DNA of 55,714 bases from Candidatus Kaiserbacteria bacterium. Lineage in GTDB: Bacteria; Patescibacteriota; Minisyncoccia; Phycocordibacterales; UBA2100. The position numbers and the translations under genes were made by a program. Shown here one piece after another: positions 20,173 through 32,146 of the stretch. Below the pieces are notes generated by a model, which saw only the letters and a program-made list of their open reading frames with translations, had not been told where the DNA came from and did not search any database. The stretch spans positions 82,366 to 138,079 of the forward strand of contig JACRFI010000015.1 of the NCBI GenBank assembly GCA_016217965.1. Direction: 5' to 3'. How positions within the stretch are numbered: position 1 is the stretch's first letter; every line of letters starts with the position of its first letter.

Positions 20173-21744
20173 CTATGCGAATAAATCCTTGTGCACTTTT
20201 TTGAATTCCACCATTGCTTTATCAATGTCCTTTTTTGTCTCATCCGTGAGGTTGCCCGTATTGCGGATCTCGAGGAGCACCTTCTGCCCGTACCCGCCGT
20301 CCAAGAATCGTATCCACCGCGCTTCGGCCTCACGTATTTTTGCGACAGGAACATCTGCAAACAATTTGTTCGTTGCCGCGTAAATAACTGCGACCTGCCT
20401 TCCGACAAGCATGGGTTCCCCATTCTTTTGCTTCAAGATTTCTACCATGCGCTGGCCCGAGCCAATGCGCTCCGCCGTCGCTTTATCGAGGTCTTGCGCG
20501 AATTGCATGAACGCTTCGAGTTCGCGAAATTGCGCAAGCTCGAGCTTCAGTGTGCCTGCGACGGCTTTCATCGCTTTCTTCTGCGCGGATGAGCCCACGC
20601 GCGAGACAGATGCTCCTACGTCGATAGCAGGACGTATGCCTTTGTTGTAGAGCTCTGCAGTCAAGAATATCTGCCCGTCAGTTATTGAGATAACGTTCGT
20701 AGGAATGTATCCAGAAATGTCGCCATCTTGCGTTTCAATTATGGGAAGCGCCGTTAGGGAGCCGCCGCCCTTCGCATCAGAAAGGCGTGCGCTTCTCTCG
20801 AGGAGCCGTGAATGCAAATAGAACACGTCGCCCGGATATGCTTCGCGGCCAGGCGGACGGCGGAGGAGGAGCGAGAGTTGGCGGTATGCAACTGCTTGCT
20901 TCGAAAGATCATCGTACACAACGAGCACATCCTTCCCCCGGTCCATAAAATATTCGCCGATGGCGACTCCAGAAAATGGAGCGAGGTACTGGAGGGCAGC
21001 AGGTGCAGAGGCTGGAGCGTCGACGACGATGGTGTATGAAAATGCATCATTGTCTTTCAATTGCTGCACAATGCGCGCAGTCTTTGATTCCTTCTGTCCG
21101 ATCGCGATATAAACACAAATTGGGCGGCTTTCTTCTGGTTCGTACTTCTGGTTGATTATCGTGTCTATCGCAATAGTTGTTTTTCCAGTCGAGCGGTCGC
21201 CAATGATGAGCTCGCGTTGTCCGCGCCCGATAGGTATCATCGCATCAATAGCTTTGATGCCTGTTTGAAGAGGCACAGTGACTGATTTTCTGTCGATGAC
21301 ACCATACGCTTCTCTCTCAACAGACATGTACGTCGGCTTTTTAAACGGGCCCTTGCCATCTATCGGTTCGCCAAGCGCGTTCACCACGCGGCCAAGGAGT
21401 TCTTCACCAGAAGGTACCGAGAGTACCTTGCCAGTTGATTTCACAAGCATGCCTTCAGAAACTCGGGCAGAATCTCCGAGGACGACAGCGCGAACGCCAT
21501 CTTCTTCAAGGTTAAGGAGAAGGCCATACAATGCTCCTTCCCCGGATTGCATGGACTCTTTCAAAGATTTTTTGGATGATTCCTCAAATTCCACGATCTC
21601 GCTCATGACGGCGTTCGACAGCCCGTCTATCGCAACGACACCATCGCCCACCGCGGTCACTCGCCCGACATGCGTGCTTTCTGATTTGGGCTGGTACTTT
21701 TCGATCTCTTTGACGATCTTCTCGACAATGGTGTTATTCGACAT
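20173..21744 (-). CDS. atpA: F1 ATP synthase alpha subunit
   Basis: [31 protein letters not shown]. Confidence 0.98.
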   Translation of the reverse strand: MSNNTIVEKIVKEIEKYQPKSESTHVGRVTAVGDGVVAIDGLSNAVMSEIVEFEESSKKSLKESMQSGEGALYGLLLNLEEDGVRAVVLGDSARVSEGMLVKSTGKVLSVPSGEELLGRVVNALGEPIDGKGPFKKPTYMSVEREAYGVIDRKSVTVPLQTGIKAIDAMIPIGRGQRELIIGDRSTGKTTIAIDTIINQKYEPEESRPICVYIAIGQKESKTARIVQQLKDNDAFSYTIVVDAPASAPAALQYLAPFSGVAIGEYFMDRGKDVLVVYDDLSKQAVAYRQLSLLLRRPPGREAYPGDVFYLHSRLLERSARLSDAKGGGSLTALPIIETQDGDISGYIPTNVISITDGQIFLTAELYNKGIRPAIDVGASVSRVGSSAQKKAMKAVAGTLKLELAQFRELEAFMQFAQDLDKATAERIGSGQRMVEILKQKNGEPMLVGRQVAVIYAATNKLFADVPVAKIREAEARWIRFLDGGYGQKVLLEIRNTGNLTDETKKDIDKAMVEFKKVHKDLFA

Positions 21745-21749
21745 ACAAA

Positions 21750-22109
21750 TTATGTGGTTGCGCGATTATATATTGAAAGCAATGCAGATTTCCAGCTTGC
21801 GTCCCTGAGTGTTTCCTTGTCCTCGAGCCGCCAGCCTCCTATCAACGTCTCGTCGATCATGAGTTCTGCATCTTTTGCGCCCGATTCCTGCCTGGCACGT
21901 TTCTCCGAGCCCTTCTCCGCGATCACGAGTACAGAGAGCTTTTTTTGCATTTCTCGCGCTGCGATACGCTCGAACGCACGCCCAACCTGCCTAAAGAGCG
22001 AAAGCCGCCCTCTTTTCTCCAACGCACCACGTAGCGCGTCTACGGCTTGTTTCGGGTCCATGTCCTTTTGTATGGTTTTCCAGAGTGCCTGAGCGTACGC
22101 CTTGTCCAT
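21750..22109 (-). CDS. atpH: ATP synthase delta subunit (short)
   Basis: YAQAL N-terminus; IDETLIGG...DAS C-terminus; position in operon. Confidence 0.85.
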   Translation of the reverse strand: MDKAYAQALWKTIQKDMDPKQAVDALRGALEKRGRLSLFRQVGRAFERIAAREMQKKLSVLVIAEKGSEKRARQESGAKDAELMIDETLIGGWRLEDKETLRDASWKSALLSIYNRATT

Positions 22110-22113
22110 AATT

Positions 22114-22563
22114 TTATGCGCTTTTTTGCCTTAGTATTTTCTCAGCAGCAAGCATCGCCGTTCTCGCTATCTCCCTTTCGCTTGAAAGTAACGCTTGTCG
22201 TTTCGCCTCTTCCGCACGCGCACTCGCGTCTGCCAAAATTGCTTCAGCGCGCTCTTCCGCAGCCACAATCATTTGCTGGCGCTTCTCGTCTGCACGAGTG
22301 CGTGCTTCTGCGACCAACTCTTCTGCCTTGCGCGCAGCCTGGAGCACGATTTCCTTTCCCTCTCCGTCGGACGCTGCGAGCTTCCGTGCCGCCTCATCGG
22401 CATTTTGGACCCCTTCTTCTATTTTCTTTTTTCTATCTTCTATTATCTTCAGGACCGGTGTGTAGAGATACTTCCACAAAATAACGAGCAATATGCCAAA
22501 ATTAAGCGCCTGTATGAGGAGCAGTTTCCAGTTAATTCCAAAAGCCGCGAAAAGTTCAGTCAT
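22114..22563 (-). CDS. atpF: Fo subunit b
   Basis: QALNFGILLVIL..YLYTP...IEDRKKKI; coiled coil. Confidence 0.93.
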   Translation of the reverse strand: MTELFAAFGINWKLLLIQALNFGILLVILWKYLYTPVLKIIEDRKKKIEEGVQNADEAARKLAASDGEGKEIVLQAARKAEELVAEARTRADEKRQQMIVAAEERAEAILADASARAEEAKRQALLSSEREIARTAMLAAEKILRQKSA

Positions 22564-22646
22564 GAGTCAAAAGTCATTAGTCATGGACCATAAATCAAGA
22601 TATACCGGAATTTTCTTAGGACTTATGCCTTATGACTGTGGACTAT
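22564..22646 (-). repeat. Degenerate heptamer inverted-repeat element (AGTC.../...GACT) between atpE and atpF
   Basis: 7-nt periodic AGTC arm and TGACT arm; the latter runs into the atpF ATG. Confidence 0.65.
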
Positions 22647-22649
22647 TCC

Positions 22650-22915
<266 letters not shown>

Positions 22916-22975
22916 AATTAATAAAAATCGAATGCCGCCATAATAGCATAGAATTTTCGGCTTACAATCGCGGTT

Positions 22976-23773
22976 TTAGTGTGCTTCTTCTCCATGCGGC
23001 TCCTCTATGGCGAGCTTGATGAAGAACAACGTAAGTAGCGCGAAGATCGCGGCCTGGAGAAATCCGATGAAGATCTCGAACAGCATCAAAAGGACAGGTA
23101 CCCCGTATGGGGCAAAGAACGTCGCAACGCTGATTACCACAGCGCCAGCAAAAATGTTCCCAAAAAGCCGGAACGAAAGTGATATAACGCGCACCAATTC
23201 TCCAATAAGCTCTATAAGTCCTACTGCAAAGCCAACAGGATTTGTGATGGGGTTCTGAATGAACTTGCTACCGTACTTCCATACACCGATAGCAAGGATA
23301 CCGGTGATCTCGATAACAAAAAACGATACGAGTGCGAGGACAAGTGGCGTCGTCAAGTCGGTATTCGCACCCCGAAGAAGCGGATGATGATTGTACGTGA
23401 GGCTGCCAACTCCGGGGAGGAATTCGAGAATGTTGGCGACAAACACGAAAAGAAAGATGGTCATAAGCAGCGGAAAGAATTTCCGCGCCATATCCCGGCT
23501 TCCAAGTGTCTCCGCTACATAGTCATATACAAATTCAAAAATGTATTCGATCAGGGTTTGGAATTTGCCCGGTAGCAACTTCAGCTTTGTACGAAGTGTG
23601 AACGCGAGGATGATAAGAATCCCCATTGCGACAAGGCTTGTTAAGACAGTATTGGTAACTGGAACTCCAAGGAAAGTGCCCAATTTTTCCGCTGCGAGTG
23701 CAACATGGATGCCTGATTCTGTAGCGGCCCCTGCGGCATCGCCTGCGTGTTCTACGACCGATTCCATGGCCAT
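22976..23773 (-). CDS. atpB: Fo subunit a
   Basis: SLSFRLFGNIFAG, LQAAIFALL. Confidence 0.95.
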   Translation of the reverse strand: MAMESVVEHAGDAAGAATESGIHVALAAEKLGTFLGVPVTNTVLTSLVAMGILIILAFTLRTKLKLLPGKFQTLIEYIFEFVYDYVAETLGSRDMARKFFPLLMTIFLFVFVANILEFLPGVGSLTYNHHPLLRGANTDLTTPLVLALVSFFVIEITGILAIGVWKYGSKFIQNPITNPVGFAVGLIELIGELVRVISLSFRLFGNIFAGAVVISVATFFAPYGVPVLLMLFEIFIGFLQAAIFALLTLFFIKLAIEEPHGEEAH

Positions 23774-23797
23774 GATGGTCGCGATTCTAGCACATTT

Positions 23798-24145
23798 TTA
23801 GCCTTGAGACAGCCTCTTCTCTGCCTCTGTAATTAATTTTGCCGTATTCGAAGGCGGCAATCGCACATCGGATAACTTACCCTTTAGAGTCGCCAGAAGA
23901 AATCGTTGTTTTTGCTTCGCGCAAGGAGATAGTTCAGAAAACGCGACATCTAAATCTTCACGCATAGAACCCAAGCCAACCCAAACCTTTGCGCGCTTCG
24001 TATCGTTTGCATAATATATTTGCGTGACCATTCCGCTGACAACAGAATCTGCATCGCCCTTAATTTGCGGACGCATTTCAATGAGCGATCCCTCGATTAT
24101 TGGCGGATAAGAATCGGCGGTATCAAGTGAACGCATTTCAGACAT
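23798..24145 (-). CDS. Hypothetical protein
   Basis: 115-aa ATG ORF co-oriented with neighbours. Confidence 0.5.
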   Translation of the reverse strand: MSEMRSLDTADSYPPIIEGSLIEMRPQIKGDADSVVSGMVTQIYYANDTKRAKVWVGLGSMREDLDVAFSELSPCAKQKQRFLLATLKGKLSDVRLPPSNTAKLITEAEKRLSQG

Positions 24146-24157
24146 ATGCTCACTATA

Positions 24158-25024
24158 CTATTGCACCGTTGCCCATTTTCTAATTGCCTCGGCCACATAC
24201 CTCTCGCCCCCCTTGAATCCATGCTTCACGTTCGGAATTGTTACAAATTTGAAATCCCGTCCAGCCAAGTGTTCTTCAAACCACGCCTTAATCGCTCCTG
24301 GTTTTCTGTCTGCATACTGTTCTTTCCCCGCCCAAAGCGCGAAGATGGGAACTTTTACCGATTTCAGCGTGCGTGGCGTTTTATCTGGCTGCGCGTAGGT
24401 AAATATTTCCTCGACACTATCTGGAGAGTACAGTGATATCAAACGCTGTGCGTCATCAAGCTCTTCTGGCCAAACTGAGAGAGGGACCAGCTCGTGCTTT
24501 TTACCGCGCCTGACGAGTTCTCTTGCGTAGGCAGTAGCCTTCGCGACTTTTTTCTTCCCATGATTCTTTATAGCACCCGCATAATCCGATACGGGAGCTA
24601 GCAGGATTATGCCGCGAACTCCCTTCCCATATTTACTCGCCCAATATATAGATTTCTGACATCCGGTTGAATGTCCTGCGAGATACACATTCTTCGCGCC
24701 TTGTTTTTTTGCAAAGTTAATTGCGCCCTGTATGTCATCGACACAGTCTGTAAATACTTCGTGCGCAGAGCCGGCGACGAGCGACTTTCCTCCTTTTTTT
24801 GTCGAGGATACTTGATTAACAATGCCATTTCCCCGATTACTGAACGTAAGAACAGCAGTGCCTCTATCCGCCAGCTTCTCTGCTATTGAAAGCATGCTGA
24901 ATGCGCTCCCCCTCAGCCCATGCACGAAAACAATCGTGCGTTTGGATTTTTGAGGGCCGAACCATAATCCTCGAAGTATGAATTTCTTCGGGGTAACTAT
25001 CTCAATAACATGGCATTGTCGCAT
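24158..25024 (-). CDS. Alpha/beta hydrolase (DUF1749-like)
   Basis: VHGL, GHSTGCQ nucleophile elbow, C-terminal HGF. Confidence 0.85.
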   Translation of the reverse strand: MRQCHVIEIVTPKKFILRGLWFGPQKSKRTIVFVHGLRGSAFSMLSIAEKLADRGTAVLTFSNRGNGIVNQVSSTKKGGKSLVAGSAHEVFTDCVDDIQGAINFAKKQGAKNVYLAGHSTGCQKSIYWASKYGKGVRGIILLAPVSDYAGAIKNHGKKKVAKATAYARELVRRGKKHELVPLSVWPEELDDAQRLISLYSPDSVEEIFTYAQPDKTPRTLKSVKVPIFALWAGKEQYADRKPGAIKAWFEEHLAGRDFKFVTIPNVKHGFKGGERYVAEAIRKWATVQ

Positions 25025-25378
25025 TTGAAAACTATATAGGTTAATCACGATAAGCAAAGAGGTCAGCGTAGCCGACCTCTTCACTCCTTTCAGGAGTTGG
25101 AGGAACGAACTTTCCGAGCTTACCGGCGACGAATAACACGTCCTCGCGTTTGCTTTATTACGGCCTCCGCGAGAGCATTATTCGTAGTCGGTTTTGGCTC
25201 CGTCGGCTTCGGTTCGTCTGTCTGCTTGCCGTCTTTCTCACTCATTGGCTTACCTCCGTGCCCTCTAGAGTGGACCCGAGAAATTTAACATTCTCAGATG
25301 TCTTAGACAAGGCAATATGTGTACGCTCCTGTCAATTTCTGGAAGCAAGAGGCTCCAAGTCGTCACCTACAAGCTATT

Positions 25379-27597
<2,219 letters not shown>

Positions 27598-27824
27598 AGC
27601 AGATTATTATTTCTTCTTTTTTCGCTTTGGTTCGCGCTTTTGCTTCGCTTCGTCAACTTTCTGAAGCACAAAATGTATTTCTTCTGCAAACATGTGCAAA
27701 TTCTAACATAGACCGTTATTCACCCCGAAAGATGCCACACCTTCCTATTCTCTAACCCTATCGCGGGCTAGCCAGCCGAACTTGCCGTGTACGCTTCGAT
27801 AATTGCGTATCTCACGCCAGAGGC

Positions 27825-28343
27825 TCAGCCCTCCGTTTGCATTGTGGGAGAGCGCCCTAGTACCTGCCGTCCTCCGGGCCATGATGTTCCCTGAGTCGTC
27901 GAATAGGCGTCAACCTGCCAGCCATTCTTTTGAGCAACCCATTTCACATTCACCGCCCAAATGTCAGAATATTTTTCTTTGCTTTGAATATAAAAAAGAT
28001 TCCCCTTGCCATCATTTAAAAGTGGCCCGGTTTCTCCGCCGCGCTGCCGTAAGAGTAGCGTCCAAAGGTCGGAGAGCCGGCTCTCGGATGACGTGCCAAG
28101 CGCTGACAGAATTGAAGAATCGCTAGCGGTTTTTTTCAACCTAAATACCTGTAGGTCTGCTTCATGAGCATCGTTTTCCACTTTCTGATGGAATGCGGCA
28201 ATAAAGTCGGCATTTACTTGTGCGATGTTCGCTTGGGCTCTGCTAGCGTCTGATTTGAAATCCAGAACGAATGTTTGATATGCGGGCACAGATGCCTGGC
28301 GCACTCTTTCCAATAGTTGCGTCTTCTCGACGGTTCCGTCCAT
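27825..28343 (-). CDS. Hypothetical protein
   Basis: 172-aa ATG ORF. Confidence 0.6.
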   Translation of the reverse strand: MDGTVEKTQLLERVRQASVPAYQTFVLDFKSDASRAQANIAQVNADFIAAFHQKVENDAHEADLQVFRLKKTASDSSILSALGTSSESRLSDLWTLLLRQRGGETGPLLNDGKGNLFYIQSKEKYSDIWAVNVKWVAQKNGWQVDAYSTTQGTSWPGGRQVLGRSPTMQTEG

Positions 28344-28458
28344 GTGTGAACAATATCATGGGAACGCTAAGTGGAGTCATAGGGCGTACCGCCGCAATAC
28401 CAGTGCCTTATACGAGGAGTGGATTTTGCGTGCCGAGAAAAAACACTTTCTCTCTAAT

Positions 28459-29454
28459 TTAGAGTCCTAATCGTATTCCTGCCCTGCTCACGATGCCGAA
28501 AGCGGTCCGATAGTCGTGACTACCCGACCAATCGGATTTCTCGCCGTGCCAGTCCTTGTTCTTCCAATCGTCGTTATCGCCTTTCCACGCATTCCCGCTA
28601 TCGCAACAACTGCCGTCCTTGCCATCTTTCCCATCCTTCCCATCTTTCCAATCGTCCCCGCTCCAGCAGCAATTATTGCTATGATCCTTGCCGTTCTTCC
28701 AGTCGTTCTGTTTTCCATCGCACCAGTTGTCGCAACCGCCATTGTCCTTCCAATCTTTGTCCTCGCACCAATCGGAACAACCATGCTGACAGTTCCAATC
28801 ACAGCCGTGATCTTTGTTGTCATACGCGTCGTCACTGCAATCCCAATCGCATCCATGTTTATCTCCATAGCCATATCCGCCATCGCCTCCGTAACCACCA
28901 TCTCCATTGTTGTCGCCATACCCATTATCGCCGCTTCCAGAGCCTGTCTCATCGAAGCTGCCAGAAAGCTGCCCACGAATCTCGCCATTCGCATAGTCCA
29001 TTGAATGCACGTTGGCATAGATGGTGCCGCTCTCTATCGCCATCATGAGTTCTGCCACCGTGTCTACCCCCGAGCAAGCGGTGATATCGCCGTCATCAAT
29101 AGTTCCTGATGCAAGCGTCCCGTTCACATTCACACCGGACGAGTTATTGAATAACGTGACTAGCGCTGGCCCGTTTACGCCAGAAGCGCCGCAGTGCAAG
29201 TGCGCCTGAGTCACATCTTCGATTCCATACACATTCAGGACGTAATCAAGATTATCGCCATTCGCTTGGAGAGAGATGTTTCCCGATGCGCTCGTCGAAA
29301 CAGACGGTACTTCGCTGCTGCCCGACAGATTCGCATTCGCGCTTCCTGTTGCCGCGCTTACAAGTGGCGCGAAGAAGAAGAATGACGCCAATCCCGCGAC
29401 AAGCGATACCGCGAGCGTGAGCGCCATGTTCCTGTAATTTGTTGAATAATCCAT
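28459..29454 (-). CDS. Secreted CHRD-domain protein with Cys/Asp/Trp/Gly-rich repetitive tail
   Basis: LSGSSEVP, AHLHCG..G.NGP, YANVHS..YANGEIRGQL. Confidence 0.88.
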   Translation of the reverse strand: MDYSTNYRNMALTLAVSLVAGLASFFFFAPLVSAATGSANANLSGSSEVPSVSTSASGNISLQANGDNLDYVLNVYGIEDVTQAHLHCGASGVNGPALVTLFNNSSGVNVNGTLASGTIDDGDITACSGVDTVAELMMAIESGTIYANVHSMDYANGEIRGQLSGSFDETGSGSGDNGYGDNNGDGGYGGDGGYGYGDKHGCDWDCSDDAYDNKDHGCDWNCQHGCSDWCEDKDWKDNGGCDNWCDGKQNDWKNGKDHSNNCCWSGDDWKDGKDGKDGKDGSCCDSGNAWKGDNDDWKNKDWHGEKSDWSGSHDYRTAFGIVSRAGIRLGL

Positions 29455-29714
29455 ATTCGATTTTTTATTAATACCTAATAATCGGTCCCGCTTTCCGAGA
29501 CCGCCGTATTGAAACGCTCCCCGCCCGCGTTTAACTCGCGCAGTTTAAAAAGTCGAAATGAATGGGCTATGAATCAGTTCGGAATCGCTACTGCGCCGCT
29601 TGGAGGTTTTGAGAATGGTGGTAGCCTCACACGCAGAGCCGCTCGGTCATTCTGACTCGAGGCCAGACACTACGAGATGCCTGTCCTTGAGACAGGAGAA
29701 AGGTTAGGCATCAG

Positions 29715-29918
29715 ATGCCTACCATTCGCAGTTGCGACAACCCGGAATGTGCGGTCCTTATCGATCTCGATGTGCGAACTGACTTCGTTCGCATGGACGA
29801 CAGGGTGTTCTGCGACACTGATTGCAGATATCACTGGCTCCACCAAGCCATGAGATTTGAACAGGTTACAGACCCCTTCCATCGGACGATTAAGCCACCC
29901 AGGATGGGACGCCACTGA
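29715..29918 (+). CDS. Small Cys-rich putative zinc-finger protein
   Basis: CDNPEC...FCDTDC; followed by a GC hairpin at about 29923-29954. Confidence 0.5.
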   Translation: MPTIRSCDNPECAVLIDLDVRTDFVRMDDRVFCDTDCRYHWLHQAMRFEQVTDPFHRTIKPPRMGRH

Positions 29919-30017
29919 ATTGCGGGGAGGCGAATTAAAACTCGCCTCTCACCGTAGGTGGCCTCGAAGATCTCCTTGTTCACACGCCGTTCATTTCTGA
30001 AGAGAATGATAATACCC

Positions 30018-30380
30018 ATGCAATATGTAGAGACGTACAGGGCTGATAGTTATAGCTTCTATCCCGCGCGCATGGCAGCGCGGATCGCGGATAGCATCAT
30101 CGGAGCCATCGAATTAGCTTTGGGGCTTCGACTTCTCCTCATTCTCTTTGGTGCAAATGCAAATGCTGGATTTGTGGCGTGGCTATATGCGATTACCGAT
30201 AGCCTCATGCAACCTTTCATCGGCATCTTCCCTGCTTGGCATCTTGCAGATGCATTCATACTCGATGTATCAACACTGGTGGCGATGCTCGTGTACGCGA
30301 TTTTCGGGTGGGTAGTGATACAGCTTATATACTTCGTGCTCCCTTCACGCGATATTGTGGAAACAAGAAATATCACCTGA
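30018..30380 (+). CDS. YggT-family membrane protein
   Basis: LRLLL.LFGAN....FV.WLY.IT..L..PF.GIF pattern. Confidence 0.8.
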   Translation: MQYVETYRADSYSFYPARMAARIADSIIGAIELALGLRLLLILFGANANAGFVAWLYAITDSLMQPFIGIFPAWHLADAFILDVSTLVAMLVYAIFGWVVIQLIYFVLPSRDIVETRNIT

Positions 30381-30404
30381 ATCAACGCCTTACAACAAAT
30401 GTAT

Positions 30405-30421
30405 TGACCTCACGGGGAATC
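30405..30421 (-). pseudogene. 3' fragment of a second tRNA-Glu (GATTCCCCGTGAGGTCA)
   Basis: Matches the 3' end of the intact tRNA except two changes that are complementary to the 5' fragment at 30779-30811. Confidence 0.65.
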
Positions 30422-30468
30422 TTCTGCGACTCTCACTTCATTCGCCGCTCAGCCCGTTAGACAACTTG

Positions 30469-30540
30469 TGACCCTACGGGGAATCGAACCCCGGTTTTAA
30501 CCTTGAGAAGGTCACGTCCTAGCCGCTAGACGATAGGGCC
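30469..30540 (-). tRNA. tRNA-Glu(CTC)
   Basis: Acceptor GGCCCTA/TAGGGTC, D-arm GTCTAGCGGCTAGGAC, loop TTCTCAA, T-arm GGTTCGATTCC; CCA not encoded. Confidence 0.93.
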
Positions 30541-30778
30541 TTCCCATGTCTAACGGGCTGAAGGGCGACATCAAACAAATGCGCCAAACAACATAATCTT
30601 TCATACATTTTACTGAGTGGCAAGAGAAGATATTCCTGCCCCGCGGGAACAAACGCACCCCCCCGCTTCCCTCCTTACAGGAGCTGTACACCTTGTTGAT
30701 TTTTTGTTCACCACAAAAAGGATTCCAAAAAATCTAACAAGGTCTTGCGGTTGGGTCCCACCCCAACCTCACCTCTCG

Positions 30779-30811
30779 AAGGATGTGTCCTAGCCGCTAG
30801 ACGATGAGGCC
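30779..30811 (-). pseudogene. 5' half of a second tRNA-Glu-like gene (GGCCTCATCGTCTAGCGGCTAGGACACATCCTT)
   Basis: D-arm identical to the intact tRNA; similarity ends at the anticodon loop. Confidence 0.7.
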
Positions 30812-30889
30812 GTCACCGCGAGTATAGAATATCCTTGGTTCGATTCCAAGCAGAAATATCTTCCAGAAAATTGGCAACTTAGTTTTTTG

Positions 30890-31213
30890 CTACGCCTCAA
30901 AATCCGGTTTCTTGAACCAAAGAGGGTCAAGTCTCCTTAATCTTGCTTTGATCCTTGGACCACCTGCTCTTTTGATGCAAACAATCATTGCATCCGCCGT
31001 CAAAGATTGGAATAGATATGTGTCTCTCTTGAATTCGAAAGTTGGATTTTTATCCAACCCAAGTTTTTCAACTATCTTATTTCGCTCTTCTACGATAGCC
31101 GCTTTGAGCAGCGACTTCTCAAGACTTCGCGACATCACCCTCTCCGTCTTCCCTGCCGCGTCCGTTCCCTTTTTACGAGGTTTCTCTGGTGGTTTTGGTT
31201 TCCATTCGCTCAT
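30890..31213 (-). CDS. Basic hypothetical protein
   Basis: 107-aa ATG ORF. Confidence 0.55.
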   Translation of the reverse strand: MSEWKPKPPEKPRKKGTDAAGKTERVMSRSLEKSLLKAAIVEERNKIVEKLGLDKNPTFEFKRDTYLFQSLTADAMIVCIKRAGGPRIKARLRRLDPLWFKKPDFEA

Positions 31214-31244
31214 GCAAAAAATATATGATTACGACGACATATTC

Positions 31245-31706
31245 TTATTCTTCTTTCACGCGTGAAGCGTCAGCAAGTGCCTGCATTTCCTCAAGAACTC
31301 GCTTCGACTCGATAGGGTTTAATGTTGGAAACAGCGCCATACGTGCAGATAACGCAATGAGGTGTGGCGGCGCTGCCTCGCCAAGCGGTGCAAGTGAATC
31401 CCGAAGTGCCGCTCCAAATTTTGGTACATCTTGTGTTTTTCCATACGGCGCTTGCAGCTGCCCGATAATGCGAGCTCCAACATATTTGGTGAGTACGTCT
31501 CTCATCTTTGCTACTTTCGCACTATCCATATGAGCCAAGATCCCTTCTATATCGGTGCGGGACATGCGCTGAGTGTTATCGGTCCGGGCAACAACATGGA
31601 GCGCGCTTACGACGTCGCTATGAAATTGTATCTGAAAACGATTCTGGCTTTTATCACCCCCCTGCTCACTCCCATCGAAACCCTCTGCTCTTTCTAGTGT
31701 ATCCAT
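31245..31706 (-). CDS. Hypothetical protein
   Basis: 153-aa ATG ORF. Confidence 0.55.
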   Translation of the reverse strand: MDTLERAEGFDGSEQGGDKSQNRFQIQFHSDVVSALHVVARTDNTQRMSRTDIEGILAHMDSAKVAKMRDVLTKYVGARIIGQLQAPYGKTQDVPKFGAALRDSLAPLGEAAPPHLIALSARMALFPTLNPIESKRVLEEMQALADASRVKEE

Positions 31707-31906
31707 GCGTCCATTGTACCTTAAACACCAGATTAGATTCCAGTTTGTCGATTACTTCTCTTTATATTTGTCTACAGCACCAGGTCTCACTGTTATTGTC
31801 CCGGAATGAAATCTCACGATCAACAGACCCTTCGCATTATCAAAAACCACGATTCGTCCGAGTCCACGCATTTTTCTCGGCGGCGACTCCTCTTCGCCTG
31901 TAAATG

Positions 31907-32083
31907 TTATACGTCATTCAATTTGAATTCCGCATCTTCCAATTTTTGTTTGGCTTCCTTCCGCGCCTTTTGTACTCCTTCTGTTGCCCTTCCGGCGCTC
32001 TCACCAGCACTTTTGGCTAATGCCTTAGCCCTTCTTCCTTCCGACCCGAGATTGCCGCCGTGATATTTCTCAGATTTTGCCAC
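31907..32083 (-). CDS. 58-aa charged helical hypothetical protein
   Basis: GTG-start ORF (MAKSEKYHGG...), below the ORF-track cutoff. Confidence 0.35.
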   Translation of the reverse strand: MAKSEKYHGGNLGSEGRRAKALAKSAGESAGRATEGVQKARKEAKQKLEDAEFKLNDV

Positions 32084-32146
32084 GCCTATATTCTACTATA
32101 TTTTTGAACGCTTATTACTAACTCAAGGTCGCGACGTTTCTATCGC

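Noticed and set aside
27600-27825. SAH riboswitch upstream of the kinase-ahcY pair
   Set aside because: No GAGGAGCG...AGGCUC consensus found
28488-29018. Alternative-frame ORFs over the CHRD tail
   Set aside because: Shadows of a low-complexity coding repeat
30422-30778. Canonical group I intron in the split tRNA
   Set aside because: Only weak P7-like similarity, no room for P9, and the exon middle is not found; left as an open test
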